Assembly: GCA_013239625.1 (NCBI GenBank)
Contig: MU057332.1
Coordinates: 11,166,645-11,230,644 of the forward strand
Direction: 5' to 3'
Source: Lama guanicoe
Lineage: Eukaryota
DNA length: 64,000 bases
Shown one piece after another: positions 52,991-64,000 of the stretch. The stretch's first letter is position 1; the number at the start of each line of letters is the position of its first letter. A program made the position numbers and the translations under genes. Below the pieces are notes generated by a model that made no database searches, had not been told where the DNA came from, and was given only the letters and a program-made list of their open reading frames with translations.

Positions 52991-55900
52991 CTAGCATTCT
53001 GAGTGTCCAAGCAGAAAAGCAGTCCAAACATTAATTGTGGCTACTAAGCTATAAGAACTGTATCTGTTTTAAAGATAGTTTTATTTTTTTAAAGTTCATA
53101 AGAGCTAGAAAAAAGAAAAAGAAAAAGAGACAATAAAGTTGAAAACAAACTGTCTTTGAAGATTAAACCATTTTACCAAATTTTACATCAAATTCCATGG
53201 CTTATTTAATTATTCACTTTGATAATATTAGAGGATGTTAAAATGGAAATTTCAGCCAGAGAACAAGACAACAGAGGCCACATTCTAAGTCAAGTTGACA
53301 CTAAGAAATAGAATTTACAAAGGAGGTGATGACAGTCTGGTCCCAGGACTCTTAAACCCTCATGCATATCAAGAATATCAAAATGTCCAGGTAGTAAGAG
53401 ACGGGAAGGGAGTTACTTGGGAGAGGGCTGACTGTCACTCGCTCTCTCTAGGAAACTGGTGGAAGATCACCACATAACAAGTCATGAGAGGGGCTTCAGG
53501 GAGACTGCTCAGCCTGCATGAAGCATGATATGCAGACACTGCAGTTTGGAAGACACTGGGGACTGGGGACTGTCCAATGCCTAGAAACTGGCTGGCCAGA
53601 TGCTCAGACATGGTTCAAGGGAGAGGCTGTTACTGTGTCAAAGTTGGTTTGCACTCTGGCACTTTATTGGGGCAAAAAATGCATGGGTGTTTTCTGCTAA
53701 CTAGCTGTGGGCCGCTGCAAGAGAAGGCTGATGTGGACTGGGCTTAGATCCTTTCTCAGAGGGCTGCCTGGAGCAGCGCAAAGGCCAGATGGCTGGAGGT
53801 ACCAGTGGATGCCCCAGGTTGAGGAAGGAAATATAAGCGACCAGTAAGAACATAGATGCCTTGCCCATGTGAGAGACCCACGGGGCAGAAAGTCTGAAAG
53901 GGACCAGAAAGTTTCATCCACCAGCAGGGGAAGAACCAGCCCACTGAGTGGGCTGAGGGGGACCGCGAGTGGGAGACAAAAACTGAACTACTTTACAGTT
54001 GCATCCCACCAGTCCTGCTGGTTCACAGGAGGCGCACACAGCCTCGGGAGTCATGGTAGCATGTGTTCCCCCCACACACACAGCTACTCAACCACAGAAA
54101 CTGAAGGTCTATGTCAACAGATGTATTTCCTGGAACTACTGTAGGAAAATCAAGTTTATTCAATGATCCACCAACTGCCAAATGTTGCAATACCGCTTTA
54201 GATGCATTTAAGGCATTCTGCCTCTGCTATCTACACATGAGTATTTACTTTCTATTTAGACTAAATGCCAAAAGCTAGGCTCACAGAGGGCTTCCACATT
54301 TTTTAGAAACAATATATTACTTGTTACCTTTTTAAAGAAAAAAAAAAAAGCAGGGTTGACAGAGCTCTGCCTTCCAAAGACACTCTGAGAATGGGAGTTA
54401 GTTCATGGCGTTTACTCTGGGAACTTTAAGAACTGCCTTCTAAAATGTAAAATTATGCCAAATTTGCATCATAAATGCAGCTCTGTAAAATTTACTTCCA
54501 AATGAGGTTGGGGTTGGGGGGAGTGTAGAATCTACAATTCATCAATGACTTCCAGAAACAATTCAAGGGAAAAAGCACAAGAAAACCAGCTCTTGATTCC
54601 ATGAAGCAGTCCAGACAAGCCTCTGAGAGCAGGTCATGGAGCTGCTTTCTTTTTATGAGGCAAAATGGATCTCAAAGTCACCACCTAGCGATTACATATT
54701 CAGATCATTATATGGTAGTCCTTCTCTTTCATTAGGCACACTGCAGACACTGCTGTCCTGGCTTCACAAAATTAATGTTCGTCAACTGCTTTCAGGAGAG
54801 CTTCTTGAACTCTGTTCAATGAAATCATCAAAAAAAAAAAAAGATCCCTGCGCAAAATCATCATTCGTGAATCATCAGAGGAACTAAGCTAGGACAACAG
54901 AGCTTCTCATATATCAACTGCATAGACGAGAAAGAAGTACAACCAACCTACCTATTCTCTATTCTATTCTTCCATTATTGAAAAACAAAACCAAACCAAA
55001 CCAAAAGCAAAACACTAAACACCTTTTCCAGCTCCATTACCACTGGAATTCCTTAAGAGGGCAAGTGAATGAACAGTCAGTTCCCCTTCCACTGTCGTGT
55101 TGCTCTGATGGACTATGAATGAGCACCATTCGTTCACTTGTTTTCTACTCCGTATCTGCCCCCCCCATCATTCCTTGTTCTTAAAGCCATCAGTTCAGTA
55201 ATGCTTTCCCCTATACTTTTCCTACTAATAGCCAATAGAACAGCCAACAGACTTTCTTGATTTGGCAAAAATCCAAGTATTGTCTTCACAGTTTAGACTT
55301 GGGTAGAAATTGAACACTGAACAAATGATTCAAGATTTAGAAGAATTCGTGTCCATGCTTACATTCAAATGGTACACAATGAGGATCTCCAGATGGAGTA
55401 ACAATAGAAAACTTCTTGTTATTAAGTCTTCATACTCTGGTTTGCATAAAGTTTGACATTAAAATACTAAGCCAATGAGTCATGCAAGACAATTCTTTTC
55501 ACTGCTTTTTAATCTAAATCAATTTTCAACCCCAGACAACTAACGTGTTTGACTATCCACTGTAGTCACTGTAACTGACACTATTTTAGGCTGTTTCTAA
55601 AAACTCAAGTGACTCCCATAAAGGGAAAAAAAAATGGTTCCATACTCATTTGAATGAATTGCTGACTCTGTAAAGGTAACTCCAAAAGAAGAGTTTCCAA
55701 TTATGGCTTGAAGACTTGTAATATTGTAGGAAAACTCTCTAACCTTCCATGGTAACTGCACTAAATGACAATATTCATTTTGTATGTCTACATTTAAGAA
55801 TGTTGGTTCAGTCACTTGAATCAATTTATATGTACTGCAGACAGGAATCATCCTTTCTCCAAGGGTGGATTATTATATTTAAAATATCAAAATCAATCAA

Positions 55901-56159
55901 AAAGATAAATATCTCCAAACCCTGCATTACACACATCCAAGCAATACTCAAGACTCTTTCCTTGGCTTTTAAGATTATTTAAAAGCAACTTGGCTCAACT
56001 CTACCAGAGAGGAAAACTACCTACCTAGCCAAATTTCTTGAAGGGCCTTTTTTCCCCCTAATCTATAACTTCCACTCTAAAACTCTTAGTTCTAGATTTT
56101 TTTTCTTATAATTCCTCAGAAAATTTTCTATAGTTACTAATGACCTCTTCCCGAGTGAA

Positions 56160-56370
56160 ACCCAAGTGTGGCACGGTGGTTATGCACACAGGCTTATGAA
56201 CCAGACTGGCTGAGTTCAGTTTTTGATTGCACAAGCCATCTGACCTTGGGCAATCTGTTTGACCTCTCTCCGCCTCTGTTTACTCCTCTATAAAATGGAA
56301 CCCATTATAGGACTTTTCTCATAAGATTGCTGCAAACCAACAAAGTTAATGTTCAGCACACTGCCTGGCC
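56160..56370 (+). mobile_element. MIR
   Basis: tgaccttgggcaatctgtttgacctctctccgcctctgtttactcctctataaaatgg. Confidence 0.75.
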
Positions 56371-56379
56371 CGCCCTAAT

Positions 56380-56670
56380 TACCTCAAACGGCCTCTTGGC
56401 AATTCTCATTCTTTCTTGATTGCTTGAAGAATCTAACAACTGCCAAGCTGTTTCTTGAAGCCCTTCTTGCTTTGAGTTTCTTTGACTCACTGCTCTCCTG
56501 GTTCTCTTGCTTCTCTTCACGCTTCTCAGTGTCTGTCTTTTGTCCTTGTCTTTCCTCAGCCTGATCATCATTAACTCCTCCCCATCTCCAGGTTCAGGTC
56601 TATCCACATCATTCCTCTCTCTTTCTTCACTACCTTGAGAGGTCTCACCTGCTCACATGATTAATGTAAG
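56380..56670 (+). mobile_element. L2 internal fragment
   Basis: Pyrimidine-rich cactgctctcctggttctc...tctcacctgctcacatga. Confidence 0.5.
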
Positions 56671-57046
56671 AGCATTTAACAAGATTTTAAAGAGTCTGCA
56701 TTCTGAGGCAAGATGTCCAGAGAAACCGTGATACCACACAGTCTTGGTGGTGGTAACTACGGCAATACACAGCTAGCTTAGGCTGTCATTGCCAAAACAG
56801 GCACTGACATCATTTCAATATTCTAATAACACATGCTGCCATGCTGTACCACTGAGCTTATGCAAGAGTAAGTTGTACTGGTTGCTCAAGACCCAAGCAG
56901 AGAGAAGGCAAAAATGAGGGGAAGGGGGCAATCAGGAAAACCATAAATGTAAATTTACAGTAAAAACATGCAAAAGGAACAATGAAAGACACTTGGGGTG
57001 TGAAAGAAAACACAAAGAGATGCAATCTTTGATATAGAATGCAGCA

Positions 57047-57240
57047 AGAGGGGGCAAACTCAAGTGCCCACAGGGGCTAAAAAGCAAGCTAAATGAATAA
57101 CGTCAGCAGGCTGTATGACAATAGGGAGTGGTGGGGGCTGTGGCAAATTGAAGACTATGTCTAAAGGTAATCACATTCAGTTTTCACAAAGTAAACATTA
57201 CAAGCCAAACAAGTCACAGGCCCCCACTTTTCTTCCTCTG
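57047..57240 (-). mobile_element. MER102-like hAT-Charlie element, internally deleted
   Basis: gcaaactcaagtgcccacaggggc...acaatagggagtggtgggggctgtggcaaattg...gtctaaagg. Confidence 0.75.
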
Positions 57241-57984
57241 AGTAGAGAGAGACAGGCAATGGTGTCATTGTCACCTGTCCAATGGGACTGACTAGCCAAA
57301 ATTTTTTTTAAAAAACGTATTATTTTACTGGCTAAAAGCTGCAAGTGAGACAAATCTGCTTCACAGTCTGATTGCATTTGTTGAATGAATGTTATGATTC
57401 TTCATCCAAGCATGGATCCACCGCTTGTCTCCATCACAAACCAAAATAGTGTGTTCATGGATTATTAAGACTCATTTATTGGCTTAAAAATAAAAAGATT
57501 CATTTATTGGCTTAAAGTGATCCACATCCTGCCAGTATGACCCACTAAATGATTTTCTACACTTGAATGGGCTCTCTGAGGTAATTGCAGAGAAGTGAAG
57601 TTCCAAGATGTCCCAGGGACAAAGACACTTATCCTGAGAAGTACTTGTAACTGACATTTGAAATGTCCCCTTCCAAGATGTTACGTCGTGACATGAAGTT
57701 GTATGTTTCTTGTCTGTCTATTGCCATCTGGTTTAAGTCAAAACATACCTTTGTTTCTACATCCTTGACAACTGAAAGATGACAGTTCTTGTGGCCCTGA
57801 AAGATCATACATCTGAAAGAGCGGGCTGAATTCAAGCAGGCCTCAACACTGCAAGCTCTGCTTAAAGTGAAACCACTGAAACATATCCAGCATTGTCCAC
57901 AAGGAGGCAAACAGCTATTACTTTCAGGAGATATTTATTCATTATCTGATCATCTTATCTCCAGACTTCCTGCTGCTGCAAAAT

Positions 57985-58172
57985 CAGTTCAGTTCAACAT
58001 TTATTGGCCATCTACTATGCATATGCATCAGGCACTGAGCTTGATTTGGGAATTTAAAAGATGAGGCAACTGTCATTGCTGCTGAAGACCTTACACTCTA
58101 GTGGGGGAGATGGACATGGACACCTGCTATTTCAATATAACGTGGTAAGAGCTGTCACATAAGGAGTGCAGA
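57985..58172 (-). mobile_element. L2 3' fragment
   Basis: aacatttattggccatctactatg...caggcactg...cttacactctagtggggga. Confidence 0.65.
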
Positions 58173-58266
58173 GGGGCTGGGCACAGCTCAGTGGTGCAGC
58201 GCATGCTTAGCATGCACGAGTTCCTGGGTTCAATCCCAGTGCCTCCATTAAAGAGAGAGAGAGAGA
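58173..58266 (+). mobile_element. tRNA-derived SINE (vic-1-like, short form) with (GA)n tail
   Basis: cagctcagtggtgcagcgcatgcttagcatgcacgagttcctgggttcaatccc. Confidence 0.88.
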
Positions 58267-59470
58267 AAGGAAAGTACAAAGAGAGAGTTCAAGGAATGGG
58301 GTCAACAGTATCACATTCAAAAAAAGAAATGTGGAGAGAGTGCTCAAGGTGAATGCAGAAGCAACCCTGGGCTCAGCCTCCTGGAAGAAGGAAAGGAAGT
58401 TAGCAAAGACTTCCTGGAAGTTCATTTTTAAAAATAAAAAGCTGCACCCCAATGAAAACATGAGGCAACTGGCCCAGGTAATAGACAACTCAGGTAAGTA
58501 CACTAAGTCACCACCAGGGGCGGCACTGAGGACCTCCCTGTGCTTCGGGACAGATTTGCCCTGACTCCGTCCTACATTTTTAGTATTGAGTGAAAGGATA
58601 TACTGCCTCTAATTCTTTAAAGAAGTCAGATGACTTCCAAAAAAGCAGAAAACAGTGAAGACACATAAATGGAAACACAATCCTGGGGTCAAAGAGATGC
58701 TGCTCTCCACGTGGTGAGGGAAATTACACTCCTGTTTCCCTTCCCACATTGAAGGTTTGGGACTGTATTCATAGGGAGAACGGGCAAAGGGTGATGACTA
58801 CGGAGAGAGAGCCTGCTTCCTCCCCAATCTCCACGACCACAAAGGCCTGAAAATCTGCCATTTCGGGATTAAATTTATTTAGATAATCACCACTGCGAAA
58901 ATTCTATATAAACTATATCTCCAAACTATATCTCCACCTTAGTGCAAATTTCAGGATGGTCTTATCATGGAGAAGAGTGGTTAAAAACACTCCAAAACTT
59001 GGAGAAATCTCTGTGTAATATGCCAGTTTTGATTAGTAATTTAGTAACTTAACCCACTCACATCATTTCTTAATCTCGGTCAAAGATCAAGTCTTTGAAG
59101 AAATAACTGCGGAATGGTTAAATATCATGCCCTGTTATCAATATCTGATAGATATTTTAGACTCTGTTATCAGTACCTGAACTATGAGTATCAGTATTCA
59201 CTGCAGCAAATTATTAACCACTTTCTTAGAGGTAAAGTGCCCTGTAGCTTCATCCTATTAGTGGTTTTTCTAAAACAAATTAAATGTACTATTACCATTT
59301 GAGGAATTATTCTCACACACCACTGCCCAAGTTACACGTTCACAATTTTAATCTCAACAATTTAAATCCCCTATCATCCTCACTGAGTAAATATAAGGCC
59401 ACAGAATGGTACTACCTAATCAAAACAGTGTCTTTGTTACTCTTGATACCATTAGATATACATTAGCTCC

Positions 59471-59600
59471 AAATGAATACATGTACATTCCTATATGACT
59501 GAAGTATTGTGCTGTGCACCGGAAACTGACACAACACTGTAAACCAACTATACTTCAATGAATATATATACATATACATACACATACATATATATATAAA
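59471..59600 (+). mobile_element. Lineage-specific L1 3' end with (TA/CA)n tail
   Basis: tatgactgaagtattgtgctgtgcaccggaaactgacacaacactgtaaaccaactatacttcaat. Confidence 0.85.
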
Positions 59601-60284
59601 ATACAGCAAGTTGTAAAGAGAAACAGTTTTAAAGGATTCCGAAATGATGCCAAGTACAATGTTACAGCCAAGAGTTCTATGATGTACCCATATCAGAACC
59701 ATGCAGTAGCCCTGTGAACAGAGACACAATGTAATTTACCCAGAAATAATAGAGTTACTTGCTAAAATATGTATTGCTGCTTTATCAGCAAAGAACTGAA
59801 TTTAGATGAACTTGTAAAAAACAGAATCAGAAAACAATTTCTCACACACCACCCTCTGCTCTTTGTTTTCAAATAACATATATTCAACATTTGCTACTAA
59901 AGCTTTACTTTCCATCTTAGAATAAAATGATCTTTACACAACTCTGGATAAAAGTGTTGATTGTAGTTTAAAAAGTTCATGAGTATTTTTCGATAGTTAT
60001 TTTGCATGAGTACTTTTGCCGTTTGGTATGAAATGAAGTTCCTAAACCTTCACTGTAAAACTAGGAATGCTGAGAACACGGCTATGAATGTAGAAACAAG
60101 ATGATCAACAAAGCAAAGGTCGGGGGTAGGAGGAGATTTAAGAATACTGCACATCTACATACATCTCAATATCATATTTGCATTTATAGGTAGGCAAATC
60201 TGGTAGCCATCTCTTTTACTCAGGAGCAGTTGTATGCATTAGACTTGAAAACAGAAAACCCACATTCACATTAAGAGCTTATTA

Positions 60285-60440
60285 TTATGTGTGTGACCTT
60301 AGGCAGATCCCTTGACCTCCCCAAGCCTTGATCTTCTCATACAGAAAAGCGAGGCTGATGATACACAGTCAGCGGACTACATTCAGCACTTGAATCAACC
60401 ATGTGTGTGAAAGCACGGTTTCTCAGCAATCAGTACTTCT
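60285..60440 (+). mobile_element. MIR fragment
   Basis: tgtgtgaccttaggcagatcccttgacctcccc. Confidence 0.6.
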
Positions 60441-60886
60441 AGTTACCTTTGAGTGCTCAGCTTGCATGCCACTACAGCTGCCAACAGGTCCTGACAGATC
60501 TTTAAGTGTAATTTTATTTTCAGTTTGAACTTTTTCCTTCCCATGCAGATGTTTCATTTGGAGCCACTCGCCTAATTTACTGGGATAATAACGAACTCAA
60601 TCCTTACTCTATGGAAAACTCTCCTCTTTTTATCCTGCTGCCAACTGGTACTTATGCACAGGCTCACCACTGAGTGCTGCAGTCCACTGGCAAGAACCAC
60701 TGACTAACCCGCACCAACTTAGAGCCACTGGCCCGTCATCCTAGGCACCTTCCCAATGACGATTCTGAGCCCCCCTGGAAGCTCAGCAAAATTCACCAAG
60801 CGGCCGCAAGAACCCCATGTGTGTTTGAATCAATACCAGCTTTAGCCACCAGAACATCTTGACACCAATACGTTTTAAAAAGTTAC

Positions 60887-60982
60887 CTCGTTCACACTGG
60901 GGTCCAGTAAAGCCGTACGTGCACGCGCATCGATTTGGGGCCACACACCTGCCTCCGTTGAGGCAGCCGCTTTCACAGACAG
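60887..60982 (-). CDS. FBN1: FBN1 internal coding exon (96 bp, phase 1-1) encoding EGF-like domain 3; equivalent to human c.443-538
   Basis: Read manually because it is too short for the ORF track: (P)[31 protein letters not shown], a six-Cys EGF pattern. Acceptor is ccttattttacag| and donor is GAG|gtaact. Its last G joins the AT at 699-698 to give an in-frame Asp codon. Confidence 0.97.
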
Positions 60983-61307
60983 CTGTAAAATAAGGAGACA
61001 GGGGCTGAGAGGCGTCACCTGACAGTAGCTGCTAATGAACTCACACTTACTGTCCCCTGAAAAGATGGTAATAAAAGACCTAAACAGTCGCCCTGGTATT
61101 TGTTTTCATTGGTTACTGCGCAGTTGCAGCTCCCCAGATGTTCCTCAGTGAACTCAGGTAAAACTCCCCCAAACAGGTGAGTGTCTACCTGTGTGAATGC
61201 TGACAATTCCACTCCAAGAAGCAGCTGAGCAATGCTTTCAGTTTTACCAATCTAAAATGGTTTATAAGGGACACCCCTGGATGAAGACGACCTTTTAAAG
61301 GCAAGCT

Positions 61308-61445
61308 GGGGATGGGGGAGCTATAGCTCAGTGGTAGAGAGCATGCTTAGCATGCACGAGGTCCTGGGTTCAATCCCCAGTACCTCCATCAAAAATAAAA
61401 AACTAAAAATGAATAAAAACCTAATTATCTCTCCCCCCAGAAAAT
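61308..61445 (+). mobile_element. tRNA-derived SINE (vic-1-like, long form)
   Basis: A box tagctcagtgg (61324-61334), B box ggttcaatcc (61367-61376), A-rich linker and cctaattatctctcccccc 3' part. Confidence 0.92.
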
Positions 61446-61919
61446 ACATCAAGTTGTAAAGAGAAAGATTGGCCCCTCGACTGTCATCCTTACAGAAACA
61501 CAGCATGTTAAATTGCACAATTAACTGCAAATGACAAAACATGAATACTGACATTTGGTCATTTACACACCAGGATGAAGACCCAATTGAGTGTCATGAC
61601 AGAATGTGGAAAATATCGGCATGTCCAGAGATCCTCGAGGGAAGGACATTTTACTTGTTAAGAAAGGCATTGAAGTAAGATCTGAAAGCTCACGCCCTGA
61701 ACAACTCTTCTCTGTACAACTCCCTGCCACTTGCTTGTGGCATGGCCTCTTTCTAGGCATCTTTATCCACGGCTGGTAGGCTGTCCCTGCCAAATGTGCC
61801 AGTCCCACCCACTCTTCCAAGCCCCAGCTCAAACCTCACTCTTCCGTGAGGCTTCCCCAACACCTCCATTTAAATTCACTCCTCCTTCAGGCGTTTCCCA
61901 CACATTTTTCCTGTGCCCG

Positions 61920-62391
61920 TGTAGCAGGCACGGAGCTGAGCCACTTAGATCTCCCTCCAAGAAAACCTACTGTGAGGAGCTTAGTTAGCTGACAGCCCCC
62001 AGGGGCTGCACTTTTGGATCCACTACAATGTTCACACCAAGGACACCCTCTCCTGGATGCTACCAACCAGCAACTAAGCATGGTGGGGTACTGGAGACTG
62101 GGCGTGTCTGCCCAGGACGAAACTACTCTGACGGGCAAACTTTATTCCCGGCTCCCTATCAGCCTGGCCAAGGCTTTCTTTAAGGCTCGCTCTATAGTCT
62201 GAGGCTCCCTCTGCACCATCGTAATAGTCTTCCCTTCCTTCTATCCTTGCGCAGGGGTCTGATTTCCATGGTGGTCTGAAGGTTCTCTCTTCTGACTCTT
62301 TATTCTTCACAGGCTTTTACCCCCAATAAATCTCTTGTGCATCTGATTCTGTCTTGGCATCTGTCAGGATCAGAATACCTGAACTGAGACA
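61920..62391 (+). mobile_element. LTR16-family (ERVL) solo LTR
   Basis: TG...CA termini, near 5-bp TSD gcccg/gcccc, agatctccctccaagaaa...agttagctgacagc head, and AATAAA at 62325-62330. Confidence 0.8.
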
Positions 62392-62859
62392 GCCCCTTAC
62401 AGCCAAGAATTACAGCAGGAATCACAAAATTAAGGAGGCTTTTGTATAATCGTTTTTCTGATTTGCCTCTTAATTTACAGTTAGGGAAGGATGAAGAGGG
62501 TCTAAGCAGAAAAGAAATTTTGACTTTGCCTAAGCCAACCCTCCCATTTCACAGAATAGGAAACTGAAGTCTAGGAAAGGTTTTCTGATTCTGCAGGGGT
62601 TACCTGAGTGTCTGCTGTGCACCGGGCTTTGAGCTCAACTCCTGCTGGGGGCATCAAAGGGAACAGGAAGGTCCCACAGTGGCTTCTCCTGATCTCCTTC
62701 TGAAAATGCCTCTGAACCCATGCCCATCCTACCACCTCTGTAACCAGCACCTTAATACTAGTCTTCCTGCTTCCTGTGTCTTCCCCTTCAAATGCAGCCT
62801 CTGCACTGTGGCCACAGTCATCTTTCTCATTGTAAAACACTGCAGGTGAAGCATATGAG

Positions 62860-63110
62860 GCCAGGACTGTAGCATTAAACGCGTGGGCTGTGAAGTGAGA
62901 TTGCTGGGGCTCAAACCCCAACTCTACCAGTTACTCCCTGGACGGCCTGAGACAAGATACTGCAGTCCCTGTGCCCCGGCTTCATCATTTCACAGACGGT
63001 AATAAAGTCCTCCAACTCAAAGGGCTGTTGCTACACTAAATGCACTAATCCATGAAAAGAGTTTCAAAGTGTGCCCAGCATATAGTAAACAGTAAATAAC
63101 TCCACAGATG
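62860..63110 (+). mobile_element. MIR
   Basis: gggctcaaaccccaactctaccagttact...aaagtgtgcccagcatatagtaa. Confidence 0.65.
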
Positions 63111-63159
63111 AACGCTGTTGGCTGCTGTTGTCTCACTCCCCTTCCCTGGCTCTGCGCTG

Positions 63160-63450
63160 GGTGAAAACATGGTACAGGCACTCCAGACCTGGTCCATGAC
63201 TTCCGTTCTGACTTTGTCTCCCTTCCCATCACTTCCCTCAGCACCTGAGTTCGGGTAACATCAAAGCACCTGCTACGTCCGACATCCCGTGCTCTGACAT
63301 GCTCTGGTGCTTTGGCCTATGCTGTGCCAGCTGCCCAAAAGGCCCATCTCCCATCACCTGACAAGTCAACTCCCACCCATCCCTTAACACTCCGCTCAAG
63401 GGTCTCCCACACCGGGGAGGCTAGCCTACCTCTCCCTCCCTCCATGCTAC
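63160..63450 (+). mobile_element. L2 fragment
   Basis: tgctttggcctatgctgtgccagctgcc. Confidence 0.5.
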
Positions 63451-63534
63451 TGCAGTGGGCTGCAAAAAACTCAGTCGTCATTCTCTTTGCATTGCCAGTG
63501 TGCAGTCAGCAGGGCATCACCCAAACTTTGGTCT

Positions 63535-63900
63535 ATTTATCACAGCATTATTCATCACAGCAAATACATATACAATGGCAAAAATTAGAAACCACATGCT
63601 TAAACGCTCATCATCATGGATTCACTACATAAACAGTGAAACATCCATATAATGGAGTATTATGCAACCATTACAATGTATTTTAAATGTTTAATAACAT
63701 GGAACATACTTCTAACAAAATATTAAGTGAAAAGTCCTATGAAAAATTATGACTACAATTATGAATACAAACTTCATGTACCAAATATGCACTTAAAGAC
63801 TAGAAGGTGATATCTGGAACAGCAGGACTGCGGGTAATTTTATTTTTTATATTTTTAAACTTATCTGAATTTTCTGCGGAGTATATATATTCATCTTGGT
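63535..63900 (+). mobile_element. Ancient L1ME-like 3' fragment
   Basis: tttatcacagcattattc...catataatggagtattatgcaaccatta...atattaagtgaaaa. Confidence 0.6.
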
Positions 63901-64000
63901 TTAATAAAATCATAAGCTCTTTTAAGGGAATTTTCATCACAAAGCACCAGGACTGATACAGAGTAGACACGCAGTAAACATTTTTCATGAACGAACCAAC

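Larger units (their letters stand above)
700..60886 (-). other. FBN1: Large FBN1 GT-AG intron, 60,187 bp as assembled (includes N gaps)
   Basis: Bounded by the donor of the 96-bp exon and the acceptor of the 198-bp exon. The two exons encode contiguous FBN1 protein, so no constitutive exon is needed between them. Confidence 0.93.

Noticed and set aside
53937-53955. Palindrome cagcccact-g-agtgggctg
   Set aside because: Arms of 9 bp are near chance expectation for a window this size.
53480-54050. GC-richer block that might be an old LTR or an exon
   Set aside because: I could not recognise a family, termini, TSD or coding signal, so it is left unannotated pending a Dfam search.
58910-58935. 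Short tandem duplications (13 bp here; similar at 11163-11195 and 34743-34778)
   Set aside because: These are ordinary slippage products with no further structure.
61308-61390. tRNA gene (also at 12150, 24020 and 58173)
   Set aside because: These have A and B boxes, but they are diverged copies with A-rich tails and in some cases TSDs, which marks them as SINEs.
58173-61445. SINE pair flanking the 96-bp exon as a circRNA driver
   Set aside because: Both copies are in the same orientation and cannot pair with each other.
1004-63988. Remaining short ORFs in the six-frame track
   Set aside because: All are 144 aa or shorter with no recognisable domains, and many lie in repeats or span N gaps. 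Only L1 ORF2 remnants (about 43470-45160) are recognisable.
1-64000. A novel multi-gene or prokaryote-style system (CRISPR array, operon, defence island)
   Set aside because: The window is a mammalian gene interior. There are no repeat-spacer arrays, long ORFs or compositionally foreign segments.
60983-64000. Next upstream FBN1 exon (EGF2)
   Set aside because: No matching Cys-pattern exon was found on the minus strand, so it presumably lies beyond the window end.

Overview
This window is mammalian genomic DNA, probably camelid (inferred from the tRNA-derived SINE type and the young L1 3' ends). It covers part of the fibrillin-1 gene (FBN1) on the minus strand. Two coding exons are supported. 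A 96-bp exon at 60887-60982 encodes the third N-terminal EGF-like domain. A 198-bp exon at 502-699 encodes hybrid domain 1. They splice in frame across a GT-AG intron of about 60.2 kb (700-60886), which holds six assembly gaps. The rest is intronic: L1, L2, MIR, hAT-Charlie MER elements, a MaLR LTR, an LTR16 solo LTR, four tRNA-derived SINEs and microsatellites. Apart from the FBN1 exon frame and L1 ORF2 remnants, the ORF track looks like noise. I found no credible previously undescribed biological system. The points worth following up are small-scale: an Ile-to-Val change next to FBN1 Arg240, two L1-in-L1 insertions with readable target-site duplications (TSDs), a 40-bp dispersed duplication, an A60 tract next to a perfect 40-bp tandem duplication, an almost empty TSD insertion, non-B DNA motifs and a candidate enhancer motif cluster. 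Repeat subfamily names and human residue numbers are from recall, not from a database search.
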